A stretch of 64,000 bases of DNA from a virus: IMG/VR virus record IMGVR_UViG_3300042691_015660. One strand, 5' to 3'. Positions 18,150 to 27,792 of this stretch are shown here, piece by piece. Below the pieces are notes generated by a model. That model did not search any database and was not told the origin of the DNA. It was given only the letters and a program-made list of their open reading frames with translations. A program made the translations under genes and the position numbers. Each line of letters opens with the position of its first letter. Position 1 is the stretch's first letter.

Positions 18150-19308
18150 AAGTTTTATCTCCTGGCCACAAAGGTAATTCTGTATTAGGAGCTCTTTTCG
18201 GAATTTTACTATCGGCACTACTTACACAACTAGGACTAATACAGGGTTTTGGATTATCAAATAATCTAAACCCTGTTTCTATATTCCCTAAAGGTACATC
18301 ATAACAACTATAACTTCGTTTTATACTACCGTCTGGTTCTCTAATAATAATACTACGATACCCGCTAGAACATTCCCATCCTTCAAATTTATTAAAATTA
18401 AAAGCATTAAATCTTTCAGCTTGATCCATATACCAAACTTTATTACTGCTATCAATAAATTCTACTTGAAAATGTTGAGGAATAGTAGAATTCTCATCTT
18501 GATATATTGGATCAGGTGTTGTAAAAAACTTAGGTTTTGGTCTTTTTACTATATTAAAAATCTGTGCTCTGTTTTCCGTAAACGCTCTTTGAGGCATTCC
18601 ATTATGAAGTTTTTCTAACATAGACGGAGTATATCCGTCTACAACAAAACTAGCAGTAGGATCGCTTTGAGGTTTAAGTGTAACATTAATACCTTGTTCA
18701 TGAAAGAATAAAGCATTATCATAATCTTTATCGAACCACTCTGGAACCATAACCATATTAATAGTTACTTGTACATCATACACTTGGCATAATTTTAATT
18801 TGTCCGCAAACTCCTGCATTTTTTCTTTAGTGTTTACATGCTCTGTATGAAGGCTGGCTGTAATACTAGCTCTATGAAATTTATTAACATTGGGACAGTA
18901 ATTAGTTTCAAACCATGCCATAGGCCTACTCATATTACTAGTCATATGAACACTAGTATAATTCGTGTTCTCTACATCATCATTAAGGTATTTCAGTATA
19001 TCTATATAGCCTGGATGAAACGTAGGCTCTCCACCACTTAGACTAAAATGAAAACTATTAAAGTTTCTTTCTCTCGCTTGACGTTTAATTTCATCAATCG
19101 TTTTCAAACATAACTCTGTTGGTCTGTGGTCTTTACTATCGCTACGAGCATATGGCCAACAATAACTACACCGATAGTTACAATATCTTCCTAATAACCA
19201 GCTTACAGTAAATATATCTTTATACAACATAGTTCGTTGTCCTACTCGAACAATGTCCTGATAAGGTATCTTAGTAAAATCGTAACTACTTTTTTTTAAA
19301 TCACTCAT
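18139..19308 (-). CDS. Radical SAM enzyme (subtype A, C-terminal Cys-rich auxiliary region)
   Basis: CNYRCSYC, SGGEPT, C-terminal GWECSSG..SC..PCISPSC. Confidence 0.88.
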   Translation of the reverse strand: MSDLKKSSYDFTKIPYQDIVRVGQRTMLYKDIFTVSWLLGRYCNYRCSYCWPYARSDSKDHRPTELCLKTIDEIKRQARERNFNSFHFSLSGGEPTFHPGYIDILKYLNDDVENTNYTSVHMTSNMSRPMAWFETNYCPNVNKFHRASITASLHTEHVNTKEKMQEFADKLKLCQVYDVQVTINMVMVPEWFDKDYDNALFFHEQGINVTLKPQSDPTASFVVDGYTPSMLEKLHNGMPQRAFTENRAQIFNIVKRPKPKFFTTPDPIYQDENSTIPQHFQVEFIDSSNKVWYMDQAERFNAFNFNKFEGWECSSGYRSIIIREPDGSIKRSYSCYDVPLGNIETGFRLFDNPKPCISPSCVSSADSKIPKRAPNTELPLWPGDKTFRK

Positions 19309-20419
19309 AAAACTCTTTTAGCATATCGTACAATTCTGGATTAGCATCTTTCCAATGCTCGTTTCTAATGTCATTTAACTTATCATCCATTACTTTAAAT
19401 TTAGCAAAATTTCCTGGTCTAACTAAATGATCATATACTATTCCCCTAAATTCTATTATTTCTTGATGAGACGATTCATTGATCCTTTTCATAAATTTGT
19501 CTTTAATTTCTACTGGCAGATTACAAGGTCTCATCCAATCAGGACCGTCAACCATAACAAACTGAAAATGAGTATTGGGATATTTGTCTTTTACATGTTC
19601 CAATAAGTATTCTATTTGATTGATATTATAGATACTTACCACTGAATGAACCATTACCATTTCAAAATTATTAGAATACCATCGTAAATTTTTATCTACT
19701 TCTTCCCAAACACTTCCTTTACGTAAAAAGTCATTTAACTTGCCGTAAGCATCGATACTACAAGCAATTTTAACATGTTTACATCTACGAAATAATTTCA
19801 TTAGTTCAGCAGAAGGTTTCACAGTTACATTAGTAGCTAAAAATATTGATAAATTAGATAAATTACATCTGTTTAATATTTGTATAAATTTTTCTTGTTC
19901 TAGTAAAGGCTCTCCACCAATGAGTTTGATAAAAGTTAGTTTACTAACATCAATATTTTTCAAAGGATCTAAATTTTTAACAATGCCTTTGTTAATAGGA
20001 ATCCCTAATATCTTAGCATCTGGATACCAATTAGTGCTTAGTTCAGGACCACACATTCTACATTTATTATTACATACATTACTGAGTGCTAGATCTATAT
20101 AACCTAATTGTGGGTTCTCTGGTATTATAAAAGGAGATCCTGCTAATCTCTCAAAATTTTCTAAACTGTCTATCCTCATACTTTTTCCAGAATTCTTTTC
20201 ATCTAGATAGCACTGTTGACATCCGGAAACAGGTTGACCATCTGTAATCTGATTCCTTATCTGTTTTAAAAATGGATGATTCATTACATCAGTATGATCT
20301 AAATTGAATTCCTCTGGAGTTTCTTCATGTCTGAAATAGCAGCAAGGATACAATCTGCCATCTGGCCGAATGGCAACATGATGCCAAGGTAACGGACATA
20401 ATACATTTTCTTTATTCAT
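19301..20419 (-). CDS. Radical SAM enzyme with N-terminal twitch/SPASM-like domain (subtype B)
   Basis: CPLPW..PCC..CQQC, then CNNKCRMC, GGEP. Confidence 0.88.
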   Translation of the reverse strand: MNKENVLCPLPWHHVAIRPDGRLYPCCYFRHEETPEEFNLDHTDVMNHPFLKQIRNQITDGQPVSGCQQCYLDEKNSGKSMRIDSLENFERLAGSPFIIPENPQLGYIDLALSNVCNNKCRMCGPELSTNWYPDAKILGIPINKGIVKNLDPLKNIDVSKLTFIKLIGGEPLLEQEKFIQILNRCNLSNLSIFLATNVTVKPSAELMKLFRRCKHVKIACSIDAYGKLNDFLRKGSVWEEVDKNLRWYSNNFEMVMVHSVVSIYNINQIEYLLEHVKDKYPNTHFQFVMVDGPDWMRPCNLPVEIKDKFMKRINESSHQEIIEFRGIVYDHLVRPGNFAKFKVMDDKLNDIRNEHWKDANPELYDMLKEFYE

Positions 20420-20975
20420 TATACCACCTTGTATTTTGTACTGGATCTATACTAATTTCGTTTATATTAAGTTCTTTAGGCTGATCGATTATCCATTTAA
20501 TATACTGTGCAGCCTTATCTATATTCATTGTACGTCTTTCAGGATGTTTGTTTTGATTATTGCTTAAAGTACCAAAACTAATATAACTAACTTTAGGGCC
20601 TTTATCCCAAACTCCTGCTATACCTAAAGTATTAGAATAGTCTCGTAGTGCTTTCTTTTCAGCATTGTACAACCAGGCTTTACCGTTCTTGACTCTATCT
20701 GTTGTACTGCCTACATTTATGATATGAATATTATGATTAGCAGTCATACACACTTTATAAATTGTTTCTAATAACACAGTTTGATTAAACTTCCATAGTG
20801 CAGCACAATTAATAAAAATATCATATTCTAATATAAGGTCTGCTAATCTATTTTGACCTAAATGTGATGTTAAATCAAACCCGGTAGTCCGACTTGCAAA
20901 CAAAGCATCTGGATAACATTTATATAGTTCAGCAGCAAGTCCTGCGTTTTTATTTCCGGTAATAATTATTTTCAC
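20412..20975 (-). CDS. Short-chain dehydrogenase/reductase, compact form
   Basis: IIITG..AGLA, INCA, INVGS, YNAEK (YxxxK); GTG at 20975 overlaps upstream TGA. Confidence 0.75.
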   Translation of the reverse strand: MKIIITGNKNAGLAAELYKCYPDALFASRTTGFDLTSHLGQNRLADLILEYDIFINCAALWKFNQTVLLETIYKVCMTANHNIHIINVGSTTDRVKNGKAWLYNAEKKALRDYSNTLGIAGVWDKGPKVSYISFGTLSNNQNKHPERRTMNIDKAAQYIKWIIDQPKELNINEISIDPVQNTRWYNE

Positions 20976-22213
20976 GAATCCAACCATTCTACTAAATCAG
21001 GATCAAGATAATCTCTATAAGATTGATTTCTAGACTTATCAAATAATTCTGTTTCTGCTTTTATTAATGACTTGTTTTCTTTATTGTATAAAATAGCATT
21101 ATCTACCATCTTCAACAAGTTTATGACAGAGTGTTCTTCAGAACCGTCTCTGTAAATATATTTTTCTATCCTCTGTCTAGCAGTCTTTAATAATTTTACA
21201 GGCAAATGCTTAATAGCAATTCCCCTATCCATGTCATAAATTTCACCGTATTGTACTCCTACTTCAGTGGGCAATTCTCTTACCCAACGTATATATTTGT
21301 CGGTGTCTAAAAGATTGTGAGCACTAATTATCTTAGCAAATGGCACAATTCTATTATAATTTTTAACTTCTTTGAAATATAAATTTATACTAGTTTCTAA
21401 TTGTTCAAAAGTAGCAGGATATCTTATGTATTCGTAGGTCTTTCCCATTCCATCAATACTGAACACATGATCATTTTTTTTAAATTCATTTAAAATTTTA
21501 ATAATTTTATCATCAAACAAAGTAGCATTTGTATGAAAATGTAATATTGTATTTTTAGCATTGCCTGTTTCAATATAACGTTCCATTAATTTTATCATTT
21601 TTTTATCATAAAAAGGTTCGCCACCACTAGCCTTTACATACTTTATTTTATCAGTATTTTCTAATAACCATTTCCATTGAGGAGATTCAACGGCCCTTAC
21701 AGCCTGTTCGATGATTCCCCATCTTTTAGTAATTTTATGCACTTCTGGTAATAAACCATTTTTTTCAAAGTAACGATGATCGATCATAAGCTCATTACTA
21801 GATGTAGGAGAACACATTCTACATCGAAGATTGCAAACGTTGGAAAAAGTCAAATCTACAATCGATAGTCCATCCTCTTTTTCATATAATTCCGCTTCAT
21901 TACTCCATTGTCTAAAAGATTTAAGACCTCTATCCTCTTGATGCCAACAAGTTTCGCAAGCAGGATCTCTTATATTATTAGATAAGTTATGCCTTAACTC
22001 TTGCATTCTTGGATGATCATACATCTCTTGCGGTGTTAGTTTCCAAACTTCTTTAATCTTTAACACATCAGGATCTCTGTTCGTTGTTATAGGATTGGGC
22101 ATCATACAACAAGGCCAAAAAGTTTCTAATTTATCTCCAGAAAACATTTTCATAGCTATTTCTCTGAAAGGTTGTATACAGTATGTAGTTGATTTTTTTG
22201 ACTCGGCACTCAT
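20972..22213 (-). CDS. Radical SAM enzyme, N-terminal twitch (subtype B)
   Basis: CIQPF..PCC..CETC; CNLRCRMC; SGGEP. Confidence 0.88.
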   Translation of the reverse strand: MSAESKKSTTYCIQPFREIAMKMFSGDKLETFWPCCMMPNPITTNRDPDVLKIKEVWKLTPQEMYDHPRMQELRHNLSNNIRDPACETCWHQEDRGLKSFRQWSNEAELYEKEDGLSIVDLTFSNVCNLRCRMCSPTSSNELMIDHRYFEKNGLLPEVHKITKRWGIIEQAVRAVESPQWKWLLENTDKIKYVKASGGEPFYDKKMIKLMERYIETGNAKNTILHFHTNATLFDDKIIKILNEFKKNDHVFSIDGMGKTYEYIRYPATFEQLETSINLYFKEVKNYNRIVPFAKIISAHNLLDTDKYIRWVRELPTEVGVQYGEIYDMDRGIAIKHLPVKLLKTARQRIEKYIYRDGSEEHSVINLLKMVDNAILYNKENKSLIKAETELFDKSRNQSYRDYLDPDLVEWLDS

Positions 22214-23418
22214 ATAATTTCCCTTGTATCTGTGTTATCAAGAACGTCGATGTTAAAGTGCGTTCGAATTACATTAATATAATTTTCCTTAAACTTGCTC
22301 TTGGGCGCACATAGTCCGCAACCACATGTGTGCTTAGGACAAACTATAGTAGGCATAGTATTGTTTTTTAAATTGTTTTCTAAATTTTCAAGAATTTTAT
22401 CACTTTCACTTAATTTTCCAATAGGTCCTCGTATTTGCCCAAACTTTGCTTGACATGTTTGATGATGAAAAACACTGTCTGTTTGCTGCTCTATGTGCAT
22501 GAAGAACCAGTTAACACTGCAATACCATCCTTTGAATTCCCTTAGATCCACAAACTTACTCTTTCGACTTTCACCTTGATTACTTAAACACATTGTACGA
22601 CTTCCGCAGCATGGGCGGCCAATCGTTAATCCTAATTTCTTTTGCGGAGTAGTGCTATCTTGTGTAGCAGCACTAATTCCAAAATCTGTGTTTTGTCTAA
22701 TTTCTTCTGAGCTAGGGTTATTAACTTTTTCTGTATTAGTCTTCCAGTAGTCTTTCATCCATACTAATTGCTTTTCCGTATATTGATGAGCAAAGTTACT
22801 ACGACTATCTGGCTCTTCTCCTATAACACGTGGTACATACTTGATACCTTTACTGTCGAAATAAGCACAAAGGTCCTGACACTCTTCGAAATAACCGGCG
22901 TGAAACATCACGTTAATACTTATAGTACAATTTCTTTCTGTACCATATTTACTAAATTGTTCGATACGTTCGACTACCTGTTTTTTTAATTTTTCATCTG
23001 CTTCAGTATGATAACTGATTGTAATATGATCCATATGCTCCATTACAGCGTCAGCCATTTTAGCACTCATAGCACCATTACTTGTTAAAGCAAATCCGGC
23101 TCGCCACTTACCCTGATACTTTTCTTGATACTGTTCTTTTAGATATTTTATAAATGGAATAAAATTAGGATTAACAGTAGGTTCGCCACCAGTAAAACTA
23201 ATGCTAGTTTCTTTAAAATACCTGTGATTCATATACAAATCAATATACTTGTATAAAAAATCAACATTGCCTTTCAAAGTTTCTAATGTAGCATGAGGAC
23301 TAAAATTATCATGTCTATGACTTGGACAATAACTACAATCGTAATTGCATCTACGTCCTACGTCCCATGTAACTTGAAATACATTGCCGTCTAATAAATC
23401 TACTGTATCAAAACTCAT
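22210..23418 (-). CDS. Radical SAM enzyme (subtype A)
   Basis: CNYDCSYC, TGGEPT, C-terminal PCCG..GWYC..TC..CPKHTCGCGLC. Confidence 0.88.
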   Translation of the reverse strand: MSFDTVDLLDGNVFQVTWDVGRRCNYDCSYCPSHRHDNFSPHATLETLKGNVDFLYKYIDLYMNHRYFKETSISFTGGEPTVNPNFIPFIKYLKEQYQEKYQGKWRAGFALTSNGAMSAKMADAVMEHMDHITISYHTEADEKLKKQVVERIEQFSKYGTERNCTISINVMFHAGYFEECQDLCAYFDSKGIKYVPRVIGEEPDSRSNFAHQYTEKQLVWMKDYWKTNTEKVNNPSSEEIRQNTDFGISAATQDSTTPQKKLGLTIGRPCCGSRTMCLSNQGESRKSKFVDLREFKGWYCSVNWFFMHIEQQTDSVFHHQTCQAKFGQIRGPIGKLSESDKILENLENNLKNNTMPTIVCPKHTCGCGLCAPKSKFKENYINVIRTHFNIDVLDNTDTREII

Positions 23419-24305
23419 AGTTGCTTATCACTCAAATAATAAATCTTGTTTTCAATTGACCAATTTCTTTCAGCACAATGAAAACAATTATTTAATTCAT
23501 TGCACCCTCCTTTAGTTACTGGGCAACTTTCGGTCATATCAAAAAGTTCTTCTAAATCAAAATTAGAATATTGGGCAGTAACCCAACTTTTTTCTACACG
23601 CTCAAAAGGTAATATTGATGTTAAATTTTTAAAAAACTCATTTTTAAAAATGCTAGGACTAAAATTAAATAATCTTTCTGTTGCTTGCCTAAATTTAGGA
23701 GAATTTGGTATGTCTTTTGCGTAAGCTGGATTAGTGGTCGTTCCATCGTATATCGCATTTAGCAAATATTTTTTGCTTACCCAGTTATTAAAATATCTAA
23801 AATATAAAACATCAGAGGTAGCATTGACATCAATCAAATTTTGAAATTCTCTTTTACTTTTATTATCTAGAATAGTTAAATTTTTAATTGGAGTATTTTC
23901 AAAAGGTGTGGGTATAAATCCCCACACTACTGGTTGTATGATTGAAGGAAACAAATTACTTAGATAAGCATGAATTTTTTCTTTAACTACTTCACTAAAA
24001 TCTGATGTATCAGAAAATCTTATCACGGACAACGGAACTAACTTAGTATCGCATTTTAAATGTTCTATAATTTTTGCTAACATATACATTAACATTGTAC
24101 TATCAGCACCTCCACTAAAATTGATACCTACATTTTTAAAATTAGTATTAAAATGAATTGGTAAACCGTTAACTGTTACATAATCTAAAAATCTACCTTC
24201 GACTATATTTTTGTCTAGCCATGCTTGTAGAAATCTAAAATAATGATCATGTGGAATATTATTTAAGTTTACTCTTTCAAATCCTATGGTACCTAAACTA
24301 GGCAT
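23415..24305 (-). CDS. QueC-like PP-loop ATPase (AANH superfamily)
   Basis: SGGADS PP-loop; C-terminal TESC..C..CFHCAER. Confidence 0.7.
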   Translation of the reverse strand: MPSLGTIGFERVNLNNIPHDHYFRFLQAWLDKNIVEGRFLDYVTVNGLPIHFNTNFKNVGINFSGGADSTMLMYMLAKIIEHLKCDTKLVPLSVIRFSDTSDFSEVVKEKIHAYLSNLFPSIIQPVVWGFIPTPFENTPIKNLTILDNKSKREFQNLIDVNATSDVLYFRYFNNWVSKKYLLNAIYDGTTTNPAYAKDIPNSPKFRQATERLFNFSPSIFKNEFFKNLTSILPFERVEKSWVTAQYSNFDLEELFDMTESCPVTKGGCNELNNCFHCAERNWSIENKIYYLSDKQL

Positions 24306-25608
24306 TTATATATTCCTTAAATCTTGGTTCTACATAAAAAATACTTTCATATCGTATAATATCTAACTTTTTAGTATATTCTACAAATTCTTGCCAGTGT
24401 GAATCATAATAATTTTCGCTATTCATGTAACTAACTACTCCATTTACGATTTCATGAGCCTGTTTTTGAACATAGTTATTGTATTTGTTTTCCTCGACCC
24501 ACTTTAAAAAATCATAAAATTTTTCTGTTAACTCCTGTTTGTACTGATGTGGCAACACTCTGATATTTAGGTGCTTAGGATTATGAGCAACATGATGTGT
24601 AATAATAGGGCGTCTATTAGTACTGTTAATTTTTATAAACCCGCTCTTTACTAACTTCCATTTCATAAAATCAATCATATGATTAACATTATAAGCAGTT
24701 ACAGTAAATGCTAACCAAGCTATAATGTTAGCAGGCATACTGTCTAGATATTCTAAATTTCTTAAAGTTTTCTCCCACTTAGCAGGATATCTTTGATATT
24801 CTAACATACTACCCATACCATCTATACTAGCTCCAACCCTGACCTGCTTAAAGCTTTCCCATAGTTTGGTTACACGAGTAGGTAACGTACTCATATTAGT
24901 ATTATACTCGATAATCATATTTTTAGCAACATCTTGATCTATACACCTTTCCAAAAAATCATAATGTCGTTCTATGAGCATAGGTTCGCCTCCAGCAAAA
25001 TAAACATGCTGAATGTTATGAACATTTGATTCCAATTGATCCCAGAACGGTTCATGATTGGGCCAATCAAATTCTGTTGAGTAGTAACCTTTGCTATCTT
25101 CTAAAATAGAAACTTCACCTGAAGTATCCTTGAATTTATTTGTTCCTGTAAGTTTAATCCAGTCGTCATACCAAGCACTGCTATCTGTTGGGCCGCACAT
25201 ACGGCATTTTAAATTACAAAAATTTCCAAATCGTAAGTCATAATAAATTACAGGAACATCACTAATAGTGCCGTCTGATGTTGTTTTAGATCTTGCCTCA
25301 TCTATTGTAAATTTCCATTGCTGATTTTCATAAGTCCTTCGACTTACTAAACCGTTTTCTTCTTCTTTTTTACAACGACCACACTCTTCGCTCCATACAC
25401 CGTTAAGCATATTAAGACGAATATTTTTCATCATTTCTGCATTTCTGCTTTCTTCTAAAACGTCCTGACCAGCATTATATGCCGTACCATCCAACTTTCT
25501 TATTACTCCTTGATTTTTTGTTACATTGGCTTGACAGCAAACACGTATATCACCGTTAGCTCTTACTGCTTGAAATATCCAAGGTATAGGACAATATGTA
25601 TCAGACAT
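24298..25608 (-). CDS. Radical SAM enzyme, N-terminal twitch (subtype B)
   Basis: CPIPW..VCC..CGRC; CNLKCRMC; AGGEP. Confidence 0.88.
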   Translation of the reverse strand: MSDTYCPIPWIFQAVRANGDIRVCCQANVTKNQGVIRKLDGTAYNAGQDVLEESRNAEMMKNIRLNMLNGVWSEECGRCKKEEENGLVSRRTYENQQWKFTIDEARSKTTSDGTISDVPVIYYDLRFGNFCNLKCRMCGPTDSSAWYDDWIKLTGTNKFKDTSGEVSILEDSKGYYSTEFDWPNHEPFWDQLESNVHNIQHVYFAGGEPMLIERHYDFLERCIDQDVAKNMIIEYNTNMSTLPTRVTKLWESFKQVRVGASIDGMGSMLEYQRYPAKWEKTLRNLEYLDSMPANIIAWLAFTVTAYNVNHMIDFMKWKLVKSGFIKINSTNRRPIITHHVAHNPKHLNIRVLPHQYKQELTEKFYDFLKWVEENKYNNYVQKQAHEIVNGVVSYMNSENYYDSHWQEFVEYTKKLDIIRYESIFYVEPRFKEYINA

Positions 25609-26458
25609 CTTTTATTTCCTCCACTACTTTTTCAACTACGCTTTCTGCCCACTCTCTTTCTTTACACCACCAGCAATGCCCACATTTAGGTAAAATTTCA
25701 ACTGTGTGATCTATCGAATCGTATACTTCTAAACTCGGAACTACTTCTTTAATTTTAGGATCATTAATATCTCCTTCACAGCTACGTGTCATATTGTATA
25801 AATCTAATTTTTCAAATAAATGATATTGTGCTAAAATATAAGACTTATCTACAAATCTAAATGGGTGACAAATAGTATAGCCTTCTTTTTGCATTATTAA
25901 ATCTTTTAACACACCTTCACTAGCAGGTTTTTCTCTGTTTTTCATACCACCTGTCCAATTACTACCTTCTGGGTTGGCACTAGTAGCATTGTAGACTACA
26001 TCAAGTTTTTCTTTGTGTATAATATAATTGTTAAAACTACCAACACAGATTTGATCACCGCTCCTAGGACGACCATCTTCGTCTTGTGTAATCGGACCAA
26101 GAACTCCCCATTCTAGTTCAGGAGGAATAAAATTAGTATGCCTTACAAAATGAATGCTAGGGTAATAATCTTTAACAAATTTATCAAACACATCAAGTGC
26201 TATAGGACCTTGCCATGGCCTAGTATTATAACATCGAACATGACTAATAACATGTATCATACATCTTGATTTATTTCTTGTAATAATATTACATAATAGT
26301 GTAAGTAGGCAGCTACTATCAGCTCCGCCACTAAGATTTATTCCTATTTTCCTCCATGAAGGATTGAAAGGAATATCCAGTCCATTGAATCTAAAAAGTT
26401 GTATTCCGCTCTCGGAATCTAACTGTTCATAGATAGCATTATTATCCTTAAAATTCAT
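25601..26458 (-). CDS. QueC-like PP-loop ATPase (AANH superfamily)
   Basis: SGGADS; HPF..K; TRSC...CGHCWWCKER Zn-site motif. Confidence 0.72.
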   Translation of the reverse strand: MNFKDNNAIYEQLDSESGIQLFRFNGLDIPFNPSWRKIGINLSGGADSSCLLTLLCNIITRNKSRCMIHVISHVRCYNTRPWQGPIALDVFDKFVKDYYPSIHFVRHTNFIPPELEWGVLGPITQDEDGRPRSGDQICVGSFNNYIIHKEKLDVVYNATSANPEGSNWTGGMKNREKPASEGVLKDLIMQKEGYTICHPFRFVDKSYILAQYHLFEKLDLYNMTRSCEGDINDPKIKEVVPSLEVYDSIDHTVEILPKCGHCWWCKEREWAESVVEKVVEEIKDV

Positions 26459-27792
26459 AACATTTCCTTTCTTAGAATTTTATAATCTACAAATTTATAG
26501 TTTTGAAAATAATTATTAAAATTATGCTCCCATAAAGTATCTGTTTTTTTAATATAGACCATAAAAGCTTCCCAATGTTTATAAAGAGGTTTATGATTCA
26601 TAATATAATTTTCGATACCTTTTACAGCATTATAAGCACTTTCAATATCTTGAAAAATTTGTTTACCTTTACGCCATGTTCTCATTTTTTGACTTTCTTC
26701 AAAATTGTCCATACGTTGTTTTTTTACTCTATCAATCATAGCATAAGTATTTTTTATATCCTGTATAACATGATCCTTATAATCAAACATTAAAATAGCA
26801 GGATTCAAATAATCTGGCGTATACACTATAGAACTATCTATCCAGTCTATGTCTAAACTTAAAAAGCTTTCGAATACATTTTCTATATCCATCATTTGAT
26901 AAACACTAGTAGTACATACAACATTCAAGTCAACATTTTTACTCGTGTTAGCTATCTTAAATCTTCTTATATTATCTTTTAAAACATTCCAGTCGCCAGT
27001 TCTAAAGTAACTGTATATGTTAGTGCCAGCATCAATACTCATCATAATAGTTACATATCTAAAAGGTGCTAAAGCATTTGACAATTCTTCTGGGTCAAAT
27101 TTTGCGTTAAAATTAGTATGAAAACTAATATGAAGTTGATCTGCTTGTGGGTGTTTCGCTAAAGCATGTAAACAAGGTATAAATTGTTTCTGGTATAATA
27201 CTTCGCCGCCAGTAAAATCAATTTTTTGAAGATTAGGAAAATTAGAGTTTAAATCGTCTACAATTTTATACATATCTTCAAGACTCATATCGATGCTTAG
27301 TGTATCGTTAAATCCAGCACGATGCATAGTTTTTGTCAACTGTATAAGTCTATGATTCCAATCATCTTTGTCTGGTTCGTAATGTTTTAATTTTGACATC
27401 CACCCACTACTAAAAACTTCACTACAGTGTAAGCACGCCATATTACAAGCATTACTAAACCTAAACTCTACATGATTAAGTCCTTTAAAATCTATCATGC
27501 CTGTTAAATCATCGTAATGTGATTCGTCGGCTTCATAATCCATACGCATACTGTGGCCGGCATTAGCGTCCTCAACATTTTTACATAAGTGACATCCTGG
27601 ACTCCATTTACCTGACATCATATCCATTCTATGTTTACGAAATCCTTCACTATTGATAATTTCAGAAGGTTTAATAACTTGTGTACCTTCCATTATATGA
27701 AGTTTATCACTTTGCTGAGGACACGAAGTAACAAAACCATTTTTATAGTTAAGGCCGCCTAATGTATACCAACAAGCTATCTTCTTAGCCAT
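26455..27792 (-). CDS. Radical SAM enzyme, N-terminal twitch (subtype B, divergent)
   Basis: C..SCP..CHLC; CNMACLHC; TGGEV. Confidence 0.85.
   Translation of the reverse strand: MAKKIACWYTLGGLNYKNGFVTSCPQQSDKLHIMEGTQVIKPSEIINSEGFRKHRMDMMSGKWSPGCHLCKNVEDANAGHSMRMDYEADESHYDDLTGMIDFKGLNHVEFRFSNACNMACLHCSEVFSSGWMSKLKHYEPDKDDWNHRLIQLTKTMHRAGFNDTLSIDMSLEDMYKIVDDLNSNFPNLQKIDFTGGEVLYQKQFIPCLHALAKHPQADQLHISFHTNFNAKFDPEELSNALAPFRYVTIMMSIDAGTNIYSYFRTGDWNVLKDNIRRFKIANTSKNVDLNVVCTTSVYQMMDIENVFESFLSLDIDWIDSSIVYTPDYLNPAILMFDYKDHVIQDIKNTYAMIDRVKKQRMDNFEESQKMRTWRKGKQIFQDIESAYNAVKGIENYIMNHKPLYKHWEAFMVYIKKTDTLWEHNFNNYFQNYKFVDYKILRKEML

Noticed and set aside
2295-18218. Short minus-strand ORFs opposite the plus-strand genes (e.g. 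7100-7537, 11572-11898, 17162-17485)
   Set aside because: They lie antisense to motif-supported genes and have no independent evidence.
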